Shown: positions 8,900-19,733 of the stretch, in pieces
Layout of the letters: each line of letters starts with the position of its first letter
Position numbering within the stretch: the stretch's first letter is position 1
NCBI GenBank assembly: GCA_965202665.1
Contig: OZ241841.1
Location: 448,001-512,000, forward strand
Direction of reading: 5' to 3'
DNA from: Candidatus Spongiisociaceae bacterium
Lineage (GTDB): Bacteria > Actinomycetota > Acidimicrobiia > Spongiisociales > Spongiisociaceae
DNA length: 64,000 nucleotides
Notes under the pieces: generated by a model
The model's input: the letters and a program-made list of their open reading frames with translations, nothing else
Told to the model about the DNA's origin: nothing
Databases searched by the model: none
Program-made: the position numbers and the translations under genes

Positions 8900-11663
8900 T
8901 CAGGATTGAAAGATTTGCTGGGATGGGGCGACGGCCTCGTGGGCGTGTTGCAAAAGGTTGTTCCAGGAAACAATCAGCGAATTATAAGCCACCGCATCCT
9001 CAGTGCGACCGGCTCCGTTGGCCACCTCATACAGCAAGTAGGCCAGATGACGGGCGTAGTCGCCCAAACCCGGTCCCGCCCGAGCCAGCAACACCCCGGC
9101 CTGGGCATCCGACCTGCCCTGGCGGGCCACCAAATGCTGAGTGAGCTCCCACACCGTCAACCGCCGATCCTCCGCCGGATCCCACTCCGGATCCAACTCA
9201 TCCCTGGTCAACAACCGCACTCGGCCCCCTTTGGATTCCGCCACCTCCGCCTCCACCACCCCCGACACTGACGTGTTCATCGCCTTCGCCAACGTCTCCG
9301 CATCCCCAAACGGACCCGGCTGATGACCGAACTGCCGATACCAGGTAAGGGCGAACCTGCTGTCGGCATCCAAATCGGTCTCCTCCTGGGACAGGATTTC
9401 CTCCAGCACCCCGTTAATCAGAGCCAGGGCGGTGCGTACCCGCATCGTGGAACCGTCTGCTTCCACCACCCGCTTATACCGGGAGAACACCCGCATACCC
9501 GGCCCGATAGCCGACTGCGCCATATCCACCGGCGGGATAGCCTGCTCCTGCAACAAACCCACCGCCTCCGGCAACTCCTCCCGCAACGCCGCCAAAAACC
9601 CACCCCGCGTCTCCAACCGAGCATCCACCCCCCGAGGCCGACAAGCCAACACCACCGACGACGACAACGCCGCGGCACCCTCGGCCACCGCCCGATTCGC
9701 CATCTCAGTTCGAACCGGCCAAGTCGCAGTAACCTCTAACCCAGCATCCACCAAGCCCTGCAAAAACGTCTCCCAACCGGTAGATGTTGTTGTCCCCTCT
9801 TTTATTTCCTGCTGTTTGAAACCATAAAAAAGGGTTGACGGAAAGTCGGAATGTTGATTTTGGGCTATCTGTTCCATTACTGCCAACATCCCCGACTCAA
9901 AATGTTTCCTCGCGTCATCTTGGGAACCTGCTCTCCAAGTATTAGAAACCAACTCATCTTTTTTTGGCGTCTGCAAGGTAGCACACTCATCCGGCCACAC
10001 ATCCGACAGATTATGACGAAGCCACACATAGAAAAAATCAGATATATCCGCATACTGAATATTGTCATAGTAGGGAGGATCAGTGCAAACAAGCGGTCTC
10101 TCCACTTCAACCAACCGAGCTGCCGCATCCCGTTGTAAAATCTCCCCAATATCGGAAGCTGGAAAATGAGCAACAGCCTTCGCTACCCAGTTCACCTGCC
10201 CCAGCCAGTTACCAGTTGATCCAGAAAATGGATTAACCTCAGCATAATCCCAAATCATCGCTATTGCCTGCCTTCCGAATGTACAACGGATTTTTTCGGA
10301 TCTGTTTTGCCAACTGCACACTGAGGACCAGTAATCGGCGCACCTATCAACTGCGAAAGCCAAATAGGTAACCAACGCATCAGCATACGCAACTACGCCC
10401 AACCCACCATCACGAACCCTTGTTCCATCATCAATCCACCCAACATTACGAATATCCTGCTCAACCTTCTCTCTCAATTCGGATAACAAATCGGAAAAGG
10501 TCGTCAAAGCAACCAACTGACGAGAAGTAAACAAATCACCCCACTCGGTCATACCATACGCAGGAACACTGTCAGTAGCTTTTCCTTGTAACTTACCAGA
10601 TGGCCTCCATCGTGGCTCCGGAACATCCGGTTTTTCAGGTGGCGATACGTACTCGCGACCTCTGCTCCCTTCAACTACAGCACCTATACATTCTTCCCTC
10701 ATCAATCCACGCTGACCCTGCTCCCTTACATATCCGAGCGCAATCGGCGCTCCGGTCGCCACGCAGATGCCTCCTCCCCTGGCGATGGTGCCTCCCTTTG
10801 GAGTTCCGCCTTCCCTCACCTGGTAGGTCACTGTTTGGGTGTCCCGGTTCACAATCGGTTCTACCCACACCACCGGCTTGCCCGGCTTGTTGCGCAGCAC
10901 CCCAGATTTGAGCAGGGGCACATGGCCTTTCCAGGACGGGTCGGGGGACTGGACGGTCCTGGCCCACAACCAGGCAATCACCGTTTTGCCATCCACCTTT
11001 GGGTATAGATGGCCTATTTGTTCCCACGCCCGCTCCCGCATCCACTCTCCGTAGTATCTGATGTCCTCGGCTAAACCCTGCGCACCCTTCCAAGTCTTCA
11101 ACCCCGACTCCCCACGGCTGACGGGATTGACCGGGGGCCGTCCCGCGAAGCGAGGCGGAATCTCCACCATCGCCTTTGTTATCAAGACGGGGACGGGGTT
11201 TAGATCGCCCCCGTAAGCGGACAGGCCCAACCGTTGGGCCTCTAGTGGAATCGTCCCGCCGCCGCAGAACGGGTCCAAGACTTTGATGTTTTGGAGGGCT
11301 TTTAGATGGTTAGTGTGTGTGTGTGTGTGTGTGTGTTACTACACTATTTATGATTTCTTGACGAGCCTCATCCAAAACATCCTGATCGTTGCTACTCTCC
11401 CAACGCACCAACCGTTCCAGAACGCCGAACAGACGCTTGCGCTCAATCTTCTGGTCTTCCACCGTTGGGAAAACATCCGGACGGGAAGACGGATCATCCA
11501 CCAGCGACGCCCACAACACCGCCCGCGCCGCCGCCAACGGACGACGGGCCCACCACAAATGCAAAGTCGAAGGATGGCCGTGACGAATAGACTTCTCGCG
11601 GGCCGACTCCCGGCTTATCACCTCCAACGGCAACGCCACCTCAATAAGTTTCCTTTTTTTCAA
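8900..11663 (-). CDS. DUF1156-type adenine DNA methyltransferase, copy 3; frameshifted at an (AC)12 tract (phase OFF)
   Basis: TTG start at 11663 after GGAGG. The N-terminal KLIEVALPL...HLWWARRPL segment ends THTHTHTH*. The downstream frame continues [25 protein letters not shown]...TDPPYY. One extra AC unit joins the two frames. Confidence 0.9.
11313..11336. repeat. (GT)12 / (AC)12 dinucleotide simple sequence repeat inside methyltransferase copy 3
   Basis: Counted directly from the sequence. Confidence 0.97.
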
Positions 11664-11727
11664 GCAACCTCCCAGAGCAAAGCCGTGCAAAAGCCTACCT
11701 GCACCACATCCGGGGGGTGGGGCAGGA

Positions 11728-14430
11728 TTAGAGGGTTTGCTGGAAGGGGGTGGCGGCCTCGTGGGCGTGTTGCAGGATGTTGTTCCAAGACAGGACCAGC
11801 GAATTGTAGGCTACCGCGTCCTCGGTGCGGCCGGTGCTGTTGGCCGCCTCGTATAACAGGTAGGACAAATGACGGGCTTGGTCGCCCAAACCGGGTCCCG
11901 CCTTCGCCAGCAACCACCCGGCTTGGGCGTCCGACCTGGCCTGGCGGGCCGCCATATGCTGAGTGAGCTCCCACACCGTCAACCGCCGATCCTTCGGCGG
12001 ATTCCACTCCGGGTCCAACTCGTCCCTGGTCAGCAACCGCACCTTGCTCCCCTTGGACTCCGCCACACCGGCATCCACTACCCCGGACACCGACGTGTTC
12101 ATCGCCTTCGCCAACGTCTCCGCATCCCCGAACGGACCCGGCTGATGGCCAAACTTCTTATACCAAGTCAGGGCGAACCGGCTGTCGGCATCCAAATCGG
12201 CCTCCGCCGTTGACAGGACTTCTTCCAGCACCCCGTTAATCAGAGCCAAAGCGGTGCGCACCGGCATTGTGGAGCCGTCCGCTTCCACCACCCGGCGATA
12301 CCGGGAGAACACCCGCATGCCCGGGCCGATAGCCGACTGCGCCATATCCACCGGCGGGATGGCCTGCTCCTGCAACAACCACACCGCCTCCGGTAACTCT
12401 TCCCGCAACGCCGACAAAAACCCGCCCCGCGTCTCCAACCGCGCATCCACCGACCGAGGCCGACACACCAACACCACCGACGACGACAACGCCGCGGCGC
12501 CCCTGGCCGCCGCCCGATTCGCCCTCTCGGTTCGAATCGGCCATGTGGCGGTTACTTCTAAGCCGGCATCCACCAAACCCTGCAACATCTCCCAGCCGCC
12601 TGATTTCACGTCCTGCTGTTTGAAAGCGCAAAAGATCGTCGCTGGAAAGTCAGCGTGTTGATTATGGGCTATCTGTTTCATTACCGCGGACATTCCCGAC
12701 TCAAAATATTCTCTTGCTTTATCTTGCGAACCCGCTCGTTGAACATTAGCTACCAGTTCTTCTTTCTTTGGCGTCTGCAAAGTGGCGCACTCTTCCGGCC
12801 ACACATCCGACAGGTTACGACGAAGCCATACATAGAAAAAATCGGAAATATCCGCATATTGAATGTTATCATAATGGGGCGGGTCTGTACAAATAACCGG
12901 TCTCTCCACTTCAACCAATCGGGCTACCGCATCTCCTTGCAAAACCTCCCCGGTATCAGAACCCGGCAAATTGGCAACGGCCTTTGCTATCCACTCCACC
13001 TGCCCCATCCAGTTACCGGTTGACCCAGAAAACGGATTACCCTCAACATAATCCCAAATCATCGCTATTGCTTGCCTTCCAAATGTACCGCGAATGATTT
13101 CCCTACTGCTATTCCAACTGCACATTGAAGACCAATAATCGGCGCACCTGTCAACTGCGAAAGCCAAATAGGTTACCAAAGCATCAGCATAGGCGACCAC
13201 ACCCGACCCGTCATCCCGAAGCCTGATTGCATCATCAACTCCACTCACGCTGCGGGCGTCTCGCTCAACCATCTCCCTCATCTCGGATAGCAAATCAGAA
13301 AAGGTCGTCAGGGCAACCATCTGACGAACGGTAAACAAATCCGCCCACTCATTTATCCCATACAAGGAAACATTGCTACCTGCTTTTCCTTGTAACTTAC
13401 CGGATGGCATCCATCGCGGCTCCGGAACATCCGGCATTATGGGCGGAACGACATATTCACAACCGCCACTACCTTCAACCACTGCGCATACGCACGCTTC
13501 CCCCATCAACCCCCGCTGACCTTGCTCTCTTACATAATGGAGCGTAATGGGGGCTCCGGTCGCAACGCAGACGCCCCCGCCCCTGGCGATGGTGCCTCCT
13601 TTAGGCGTTCCGCCTTCCCTCACCTGAAAGGCCACCGTTTGGGCATCCCGATTTGCTATTGGCTCCACCCACGCCGCCGGTTTGCCCGGCTTGTTGCGCA
13701 ACACCCCGGATTTGAGCAGGGACACATGGCCTTTCCAGGCCGGGTCGGGGGACTGGACGGTTCTGGCCCACAACCAGGCGATCACCGTTTTGCCATCCAC
13801 CTTCGGATACAGACGGCCGATACGCTCCCAGGCTCGCTCCCGCATCCACTCCCCGTAAAAACGGATGTCCGCGGCCAACCCCTGCGTCCCCTCCCAAACC
13901 TTCGAACCCGACTCGGCAAGGCGGGAAGGATTGACCGGCGGCCGTCCCGCAAAGCGGAACGGGATCTCCACCATCGCCTTCGTTATCAAAACCGGAACCG
14001 GATTCAAATCGCCCCCGTACGCGGACAGGCCCAAACGTTGGGCCTCCAACGGAATCGTCCCGCCCCCGCAGAAGGGGTCCAACACGTTGGGCAAATCATC
14101 CCCGCACGACGCCCCAATCTCGGCCTTGGCTTCAGCCAACACCTCCTGATTGTTGCTGTTTTCCCACACCACCAAGCGTTCCAAAATGTCAAACAGGCGC
14201 TTGCGCTCCCTCTTCTGGTCTTCAACCTTAGGGAACCTGCCGGGATGGGCGGACGGGTCGTCCACCAGCGACGCCCACAACACCGCCCGCGCCGCCGCCA
14301 ACGGACGGCGGGCCCACCACAAATGCAAAGTGGAAGGATGGCCGTGCCGGATGGATTTCTCCCGGGCCGACTCCCGACTGATCGCCTCCAACGGCAACGC
14401 CACCTCAATCAGTTTTCTTTTCAGATTCAA
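11728..14430 (-). CDS. DUF1156-type adenine DNA methyltransferase, copy 2; no SSR, catalytic motif reads DPPH
   Basis: [18 protein letters not shown] (motif I) and TDPPHY (motif IV variant); GGAGG RBS. Confidence 0.9.
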   Translation of the reverse strand: MNLKRKLIEVALPLEAISRESAREKSIRHGHPSTLHLWWARRPLAAARAVLWASLVDDPSAHPGRFPKVEDQKRERKRLFDILERLVVWENSNNQEVLAEAKAEIGASCGDDLPNVLDPFCGGGTIPLEAQRLGLSAYGGDLNPVPVLITKAMVEIPFRFAGRPPVNPSRLAESGSKVWEGTQGLAADIRFYGEWMRERAWERIGRLYPKVDGKTVIAWLWARTVQSPDPAWKGHVSLLKSGVLRNKPGKPAAWVEPIANRDAQTVAFQVREGGTPKGGTIARGGGVCVATGAPITLHYVREQGQRGLMGEACVCAVVEGSGGCEYVVPPIMPDVPEPRWMPSGKLQGKAGSNVSLYGINEWADLFTVRQMVALTTFSDLLSEMREMVERDARSVSGVDDAIRLRDDGSGVVAYADALVTYLAFAVDRCADYWSSMCSWNSSREIIRGTFGRQAIAMIWDYVEGNPFSGSTGNWMGQVEWIAKAVANLPGSDTGEVLQGDAVARLVEVERPVICTDPPHYDNIQYADISDFFYVWLRRNLSDVWPEECATLQTPKKEELVANVQRAGSQDKAREYFESGMSAVMKQIAHNQHADFPATIFCAFKQQDVKSGGWEMLQGLVDAGLEVTATWPIRTERANRAAARGAAALSSSVVLVCRPRSVDARLETRGGFLSALREELPEAVWLLQEQAIPPVDMAQSAIGPGMRVFSRYRRVVEADGSTMPVRTALALINGVLEEVLSTAEADLDADSRFALTWYKKFGHQPGPFGDAETLAKAMNTSVSGVVDAGVAESKGSKVRLLTRDELDPEWNPPKDRRLTVWELTQHMAARQARSDAQAGWLLAKAGPGLGDQARHLSYLLYEAANSTGRTEDAVAYNSLVLSWNNILQHAHEAATPFQQTL

Positions 14431-14493
14431 ACCACCTCCCAGAGCAAACCGCCAAAAGCCTACCCCGCATCACATTCCAAGGGAAGGTCGGGA

Positions 14494-17283
14494 TTAGAGG
14501 GTTTGCTGGACGGGGGCGACGGCCTCGTGGGCGTGTTGCAGAAGGTTGTTCCAGGAAACAATCAGCGAATTGTAAGCCACCGCATCCTCAGTGCGGCCAG
14601 CACTGTTGGCCACCTCATACAGCAAGTAGGCCAGATGACGGGCATAGTCGCCCAAACCCGGTCCCGCCCGAGCCAGCAACACCCCGGCCTGGACATCCGA
14701 CCGGCCCTGGCGGGCCACCAAATGCTGAGTAAGCTCCCACACCGTCAACCGCCGATCCTCCGCCGGATCCCACTCCGGGTCCAACTCATCCCTGGTCAAC
14801 AACCGCACCTTGCCGCCCTTAGATTCCGCCACCTCCGCCTCCACCACCCCCGACACCGACGTGTTCATCGCCTTCGCCAACGTCTCCGCATCCCCAAACG
14901 GACCCGGCTGATGCCCAAACTGCCGATACCAGGTAAGGGCAAACCGGCTGTCGGCATCCAAATCGGTCTCCTCCTGAGACAGGATTTCCTCCAGCACCCC
15001 GTTAATCAAGGCAAGGGCGGTGCGCACCCGCATCGTGGAACCGTCCGCTTCCACCACCCGCTTATACCGGGAGAACACTCGCATACCAGGTCCGATAGCC
15101 GACTGCGCCATATCCACCGGAGGAATGGCCTGCTCCTGCAACAACCCCACCGCCTCCGGCAATTCTTCCCGCAACGCCGCCAAAAACCCACCCCGCGTCT
15201 CCAACCGAGCATCCACCGACCGCGGCCGACAAGCCAACACCACCGACGACGCCAGTAACGCTTTAGTCTTAGAACCCAATTTTCCAGGCCTTTCAGTCCG
15301 AATAGGCCAAGTCGCAATTACCTGCAAACCAGCATCCACCAGACTTTGCAGAAACGTCTCCCAACCGGTAGATGTAGTCTCACCAGATTTGATCTCCTTC
15401 TGTTTGAAAGCATAGAAAATCGTCGACGGGAAATCGGGATGTTGATTATGGGCTATCTGCTCCATCACTTTAAACATTCCTGACTCAAAATGTTCTTTTG
15501 CTACTTCTTTGGACCCTGCTCGCCAACGATTAGCAACTAACTCCTCTTTCTTTGGCGTCTGTAGTGTTGAACATTCATCTGGCCATACATCCGACAGGTT
15601 ACGACGGAGCCATACATAGAAAAAATCTGAAATATCGGCATAAAAAATATTATCATAATAAGGCGGATCCGTACTAATAACCGGTCTTTCCACCTTACCT
15701 AACTGTGCTACTGCATCTCGTTGCCAAATATCACCAAACGGCGAACTTGGTAAATGAGCAACGGATTTAGCTACCCATTCAATCTGGCCTAACCAATTAC
15801 CAGTTGAAAAAGAGAATGGGTTGGCTTCCGCAAAGTCCCAAACCATACCTATTACCTGCCTACCAAAAAGGCTTGCGATTTTTTCGGCACCGTCCTGCCA
15901 TCTTGATAAGCTATTCCATCGGTCAGTACACCTATCTATAGCAAAAGCTAGGTATGTTATAACTGCATCTGCATAGGCAATATTACCAATCCCACCATCC
16001 CTGAAACCTCTTTTCTCATTAGTCAGTCCCCTGTGAATTGCGTCTTCCTCTACCATCGCTCTTATGTCTAATAGTAAATCGGAAAAGATATTTAAAGCAA
16101 TCAACTGGCGATTAGTAAACAAGTCTCCCCACTCAATCATCCCGTACAAAGGAACATTACCTGAGGCCTTGCCATGCAAAGTACCAACAGGCATCCAGAA
16201 AGGTGCCGGAATATCGGGTATTACAGGCGCAGAAACATACTCACGACCTCTGCTTCCTGCAACTACAACCCCTATACATACTTTTCGTATTAATCCTTTC
16301 TTGCCTTGCTCCTTAATATAATCGAGCAAAATCGGGGCACCGGTCGCAATGCAGACACCTCCTCCCCTCCCAATAGTGCCTCCACTCGGCGTTCCACTTT
16401 TCCTTACTTGGTAGATCACTGTTTGGGTATCCCGGTTCACAATTGGCTCTACCCACACCACTGGCTTGCCCGGCTTGTTGCGTAGCACCCCGGATTTGAG
16501 CAAGGGCACGTGGCCTTTCCAGGACGGGTCGGGGGACTGTACCGTCCTAGCCCACAACCAGGCGATCACCGTTTTGCCATCCACCTTTGGGTATAGATAA
16601 CCTATTTGTTCCCACGCCTTCTTTCGCATCCACTCTCCGTAGTATCTGATGTCCTCTGCTAAACCCTGCGCTCCCTTCCAAGTCTTCAACCCCGACTCCC
16701 CACGACTGACAGGGTTGACCGGCGGCTGTCCCGCGAACCGAGGTGGGATTTCCACCATCGCCTTGCTGATTAGTACTGCAACAGGGTTTAGGTCACCCCC
16801 ATACGCGGAGAGGCCCAAACGTTGGGCCTCCAGTGGAATCGTCCCTCCCCCACAGAAGGGATCTAAAACCTTGATTTTTGATAGAATCTCTGCTAGGTTA
16901 TCATTAGCTGTTGTGTTGTGTTGTGTTGTGTTGTGTTGTGTTGTGTTGTGTTGTGTTGTGTTGTGTTGGCTATTTGCGATTTCTCTTCGGGCTTGATCCA
17001 ACACGTCCTGGTTGTTGGAATTTTCCCAAACCACAAGCCTTTCCAGGATTCCGAATAGTCTTTTTCTCTCGACCTTTTGATCTTCTGCGGTGGGGAACTG
17101 GTCGGGGTGGGAGGACGGGTCATCCACCAGCGACGCCCACAGCACCGCCCGCGCCGCCGCCAGCGGGCGGCGGGCCCACCATAGATGCAGGGTGGAAGGG
17201 TGGCCGTGCCGGATGGCTTTCTCGCGGGCGGATTCCCTGCTTATGGCCTCCAGGGGCAGGGCTACTTCTATCAGTTTCTTCAT
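14494..17283 (-). CDS. DUF1156-type adenine DNA methyltransferase, copy 1; (CAACA)12 tract in frame (phase ON)
   Basis: [11 protein letters not shown] start at 17283, linker [31 protein letters not shown] and TDPPYY. Confidence 0.92.
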   Translation of the reverse strand: MKKLIEVALPLEAISRESAREKAIRHGHPSTLHLWWARRPLAAARAVLWASLVDDPSSHPDQFPTAEDQKVERKRLFGILERLVVWENSNNQDVLDQARREIANSQHNTTQHNTTQHNTTQHNTTANDNLAEILSKIKVLDPFCGGGTIPLEAQRLGLSAYGGDLNPVAVLISKAMVEIPPRFAGQPPVNPVSRGESGLKTWKGAQGLAEDIRYYGEWMRKKAWEQIGYLYPKVDGKTVIAWLWARTVQSPDPSWKGHVPLLKSGVLRNKPGKPVVWVEPIVNRDTQTVIYQVRKSGTPSGGTIGRGGGVCIATGAPILLDYIKEQGKKGLIRKVCIGVVVAGSRGREYVSAPVIPDIPAPFWMPVGTLHGKASGNVPLYGMIEWGDLFTNRQLIALNIFSDLLLDIRAMVEEDAIHRGLTNEKRGFRDGGIGNIAYADAVITYLAFAIDRCTDRWNSLSRWQDGAEKIASLFGRQVIGMVWDFAEANPFSFSTGNWLGQIEWVAKSVAHLPSSPFGDIWQRDAVAQLGKVERPVISTDPPYYDNIFYADISDFFYVWLRRNLSDVWPDECSTLQTPKKEELVANRWRAGSKEVAKEHFESGMFKVMEQIAHNQHPDFPSTIFYAFKQKEIKSGETTSTGWETFLQSLVDAGLQVIATWPIRTERPGKLGSKTKALLASSVVLACRPRSVDARLETRGGFLAALREELPEAVGLLQEQAIPPVDMAQSAIGPGMRVFSRYKRVVEADGSTMRVRTALALINGVLEEILSQEETDLDADSRFALTWYRQFGHQPGPFGDAETLAKAMNTSVSGVVEAEVAESKGGKVRLLTRDELDPEWDPAEDRRLTVWELTQHLVARQGRSDVQAGVLLARAGPGLGDYARHLAYLLYEVANSAGRTEDAVAYNSLIVSWNNLLQHAHEAVAPVQQTL
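16909..16968. repeat. (TGTTG)12 / (CAACA)12 pentanucleotide simple sequence repeat inside methyltransferase copy 1
   Basis: 60 bp of perfect pentamer repeats, counted directly. Confidence 0.97.
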
Positions 17284-17297
17284 CGGGGCAACCTTAG

Positions 17298-18122
17298 TTA
17301 CTTGGCCCGGAGCGTGGCCTGATATAGGGCCCGGCGGCTTAGGCCTGTGTTTTCGGCTACTTGGCGCACTGCGTCCGACATGGCCGCGCCCGCCTCCATT
17401 CGGGACAGCACTTCGGTTACCGCTTCGTCCAGCGGGGCTTCCCCGGCCTCCGCCCCCTCGACGACCAGGGTGAATTCGCCTTGGGGCTTTTCCGACCCCC
17501 ATTTTTCCTCCGCCTCCTCCAGCGTGCCCCACCATATTTCTTCGTGCATTTTGGTCAGCTCCCGGGCGGCGCACGTCCGCCGGTGGCCGCCCAGGGCTTC
17601 GGCCAAACTTTCCAGGTCGTCCAACAGGTGGTGGGGGGCGATGAACAGCACCATCGGGCGTTCCTCCCCGGCCAAGGATTCCAGGCGCCGGGCGCGGTCG
17701 CCTCCTTTGCGGGGCAGAAACCCTTCGAACGTGAACCGGTCGGCGGCGAACCCGGATACGGCCAGGGCGGCCGGGACGGCGCAGGGGCCGGGAATCACCG
17801 ACACTTCCGCCCCGGCCCGCAGGGCGTCCGCCACCGCCCGGCGCCCCGGATCGGCCACCCCCGGCGTCCCGGCGTCGGTGATCAGGGCCGCCGTCCCCCC
17901 CGCCTCCAACATGCGCGCCAGCCGCTCCGACTTCTGCGCTTCGTTGCCCGCGTAATAAGATTCGGGGCGGACGGACGCCCCGCAATGTTCCAGCAAAATC
18001 CGGGCCCGGCGGGTGTCTTCGGCGAACACCGCGTCCGCTTCCCGCAACGTTTCCAGCAGGCGGGCGGAAACATCCCCCAGGTTGCCGATGGGGGTGGCGC
18101 ACAGAATCAGCCGGCCGCTCAT
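17298..18122 (-). CDS. rsmI: 16S rRNA C1402 2'-O-methyltransferase
   Basis: CATPIGNLGD, AEDTR, DAGTPGVADPG, FEGFLPRK, ARELTKMHEE and GEFTLV. Confidence 0.95.
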   Translation of the reverse strand: MSGRLILCATPIGNLGDVSARLLETLREADAVFAEDTRRARILLEHCGASVRPESYYAGNEAQKSERLARMLEAGGTAALITDAGTPGVADPGRRAVADALRAGAEVSVIPGPCAVPAALAVSGFAADRFTFEGFLPRKGGDRARRLESLAGEERPMVLFIAPHHLLDDLESLAEALGGHRRTCAARELTKMHEEIWWGTLEEAEEKWGSEKPQGEFTLVVEGAEAGEAPLDEAVTEVLSRMEAGAAMSDAVRQVAENTGLSRRALYQATLRAK

Positions 18123-19669
18123 TCTTCGGCCCTCATCTGGGCGGCGGCCCGTCTTCCCGCCTCGGCGTCGTCGGCCACCACCAAAGTCAGCGTCTCCCCC
18201 TGTCGGCCCAGCAGGGCGTACACGTCCCCGCCCGGCCATTCCAAAGTGGTGCCCGACAGGGTGGAAATCCCCACCGGCAACCCGCCCACCAGGTCCACCA
18301 GGGCGGCGGCCATGCGCGAGGCGTCCGCGAAAGAGTCGCCCCGGTAGCGCACCGCCCACACCAGATGCCCCCGCTCCGGGTTCCACAGCAGTTGGAACCG
18401 GTCGCCCCCCCATCCCCGGGCGGCGTCGGCGGCCTGCGCGAACCGGCCTCCGCCGCCCAGCAGGGCCCGCCATCCCCGTTCCCCCCAAGTTCCCTCCTCC
18501 GCCGTCTCGTAGCCTTCCAACGCCACCGCGAACGGCTCCAGCGGGACGGGCGGCTCCATCCGGTTGTACAGGTCGGGGTGCAGCACCTGTTCGGTGGAGA
18601 CGGGCGGGGCGGCCAAAGCCCGGTCCAACCCGGTCGTCCCCTCCTGCCGGTAAAGATGCAGGGCCAGGGCGGAACCGGCCGCCGTCGCGAACCGGGCCTG
18701 CTCCGCCAGGAAGGGCGGCCCCTGGGCGAACCCGGGCCGGGCGTCGGCCGCGGCCTGCTCGGCCAGGGCCGCCCGCCGCTCCTCCGGCAGGGCGTCGGCG
18801 TACAAGGTCTGAACGAGGGCCGCCTCCCCGGCCAGCAACGCCCCCACGGCAGCCGCCCGGTCGGGATCGCCGTCTTCCGCCAAAGCCGAATGTTCCTCCA
18901 CCGTTTCCGGATAGTGCAGATGGGCCAGCATCCGGGTCAAAGCCCCCGCCAGGGCCCACTGCTGATACTCGTCCAACCCGTCCAAGCCCTCCCCCTCCCC
19001 CTCAGGTTGCGCCCCCTCCGGCGACGCAGCGTCTTCCCCTTCCCCCTCAGGTTGCGCCTGCGGCGGCGGGTCTTCTTCCCCGTCCGGCGGCTCCTCCCCC
19101 TCCCCCGCTTCGGCCTCCTCGGCGGGTTGCGGGGGGTCGGGGGTCAGCGGGATCACCACCCGTCCCCGTTCCGCCTGGTAGAAGGGCAGTTCCGGGGTGC
19201 GCCCCGTTTGAAAAGAACGGTAGAAGGATTCCAGGTCGGCTTCGGGGGGGAGCAGGTTGAACAAGTCCAGAAAAGCCCGCTCATAGTCTTCCGGGACGGT
19301 TGGGGGGGCCTCCGCCGCAGGTTGCGTCACCACCAACGGGAGGGAAGGAAACTTTCTCCCCCGCAACTGTTCGACGCGGGCGGTCAACTCGTTCACCTGT
19401 TCTTCCAAAGCACCGGGCAGGGGCGGACGGGGGGGGACGGTGGTGGTCGTGGTAGGCGGGAGGGTGGTGGTGGTGACGACGCGGGTGGCAGGGGGGACGG
19501 TGGTGGCGACGGAAACGGCGGAGGTGGCGGCCGGCGCGGCGGACGGGGGCGGGGCGGTGGGCCCGGCGGTTTCGGAACCGCACCCGGCGACTACCGCCAG
19601 CAGGACGGACAGTATCGTCGCCCGCAACGCGGGGCGGTTGAATATCACGGGTTTCACGGGCGATGCCAA
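18119..19669 (-). CDS. Putative lipoprotein with Thr/Pro-rich linker
   Basis: Lipobox LLAVVAG-C, Thr/Pro linker, VEQLRG, PPVSTEQVLHP and AARGWGGDR segments; stop overlaps the rsmI start. The exact start codon is uncertain. Confidence 0.7.
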   Translation of the reverse strand: MASPVKPVIFNRPALRATILSVLLAVVAGCGSETAGPTAPPPSAAPAATSAVSVATTVPPATRVVTTTTLPPTTTTTVPPRPPLPGALEEQVNELTARVEQLRGRKFPSLPLVVTQPAAEAPPTVPEDYERAFLDLFNLLPPEADLESFYRSFQTGRTPELPFYQAERGRVVIPLTPDPPQPAEEAEAGEGEEPPDGEEDPPPQAQPEGEGEDAASPEGAQPEGEGEGLDGLDEYQQWALAGALTRMLAHLHYPETVEEHSALAEDGDPDRAAAVGALLAGEAALVQTLYADALPEERRAALAEQAAADARPGFAQGPPFLAEQARFATAAGSALALHLYRQEGTTGLDRALAAPPVSTEQVLHPDLYNRMEPPVPLEPFAVALEGYETAEEGTWGERGWRALLGGGGRFAQAADAARGWGGDRFQLLWNPERGHLVWAVRYRGDSFADASRMAAALVDLVGGLPVGISTLSGTTLEWPGGDVYALLGRQGETLTLVVADDAEAGRRAAAQMRAEE

Positions 19670-19733
19670 ACCAACAAGAGGAGGGTAGCGTTCCCCAACC
19701 CGTAAACGGGGTTGCGGTTGCCCGTATCATAGA

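Noticed and set aside
17284-18102. 1202-aa version of methyltransferase copy 1 (likewise the long ispE and phosphomannomutase ORFs)
   Set aside because: The N-terminal extensions overlap genuine upstream genes in another frame; homology begins at MKKLIEV (17283).
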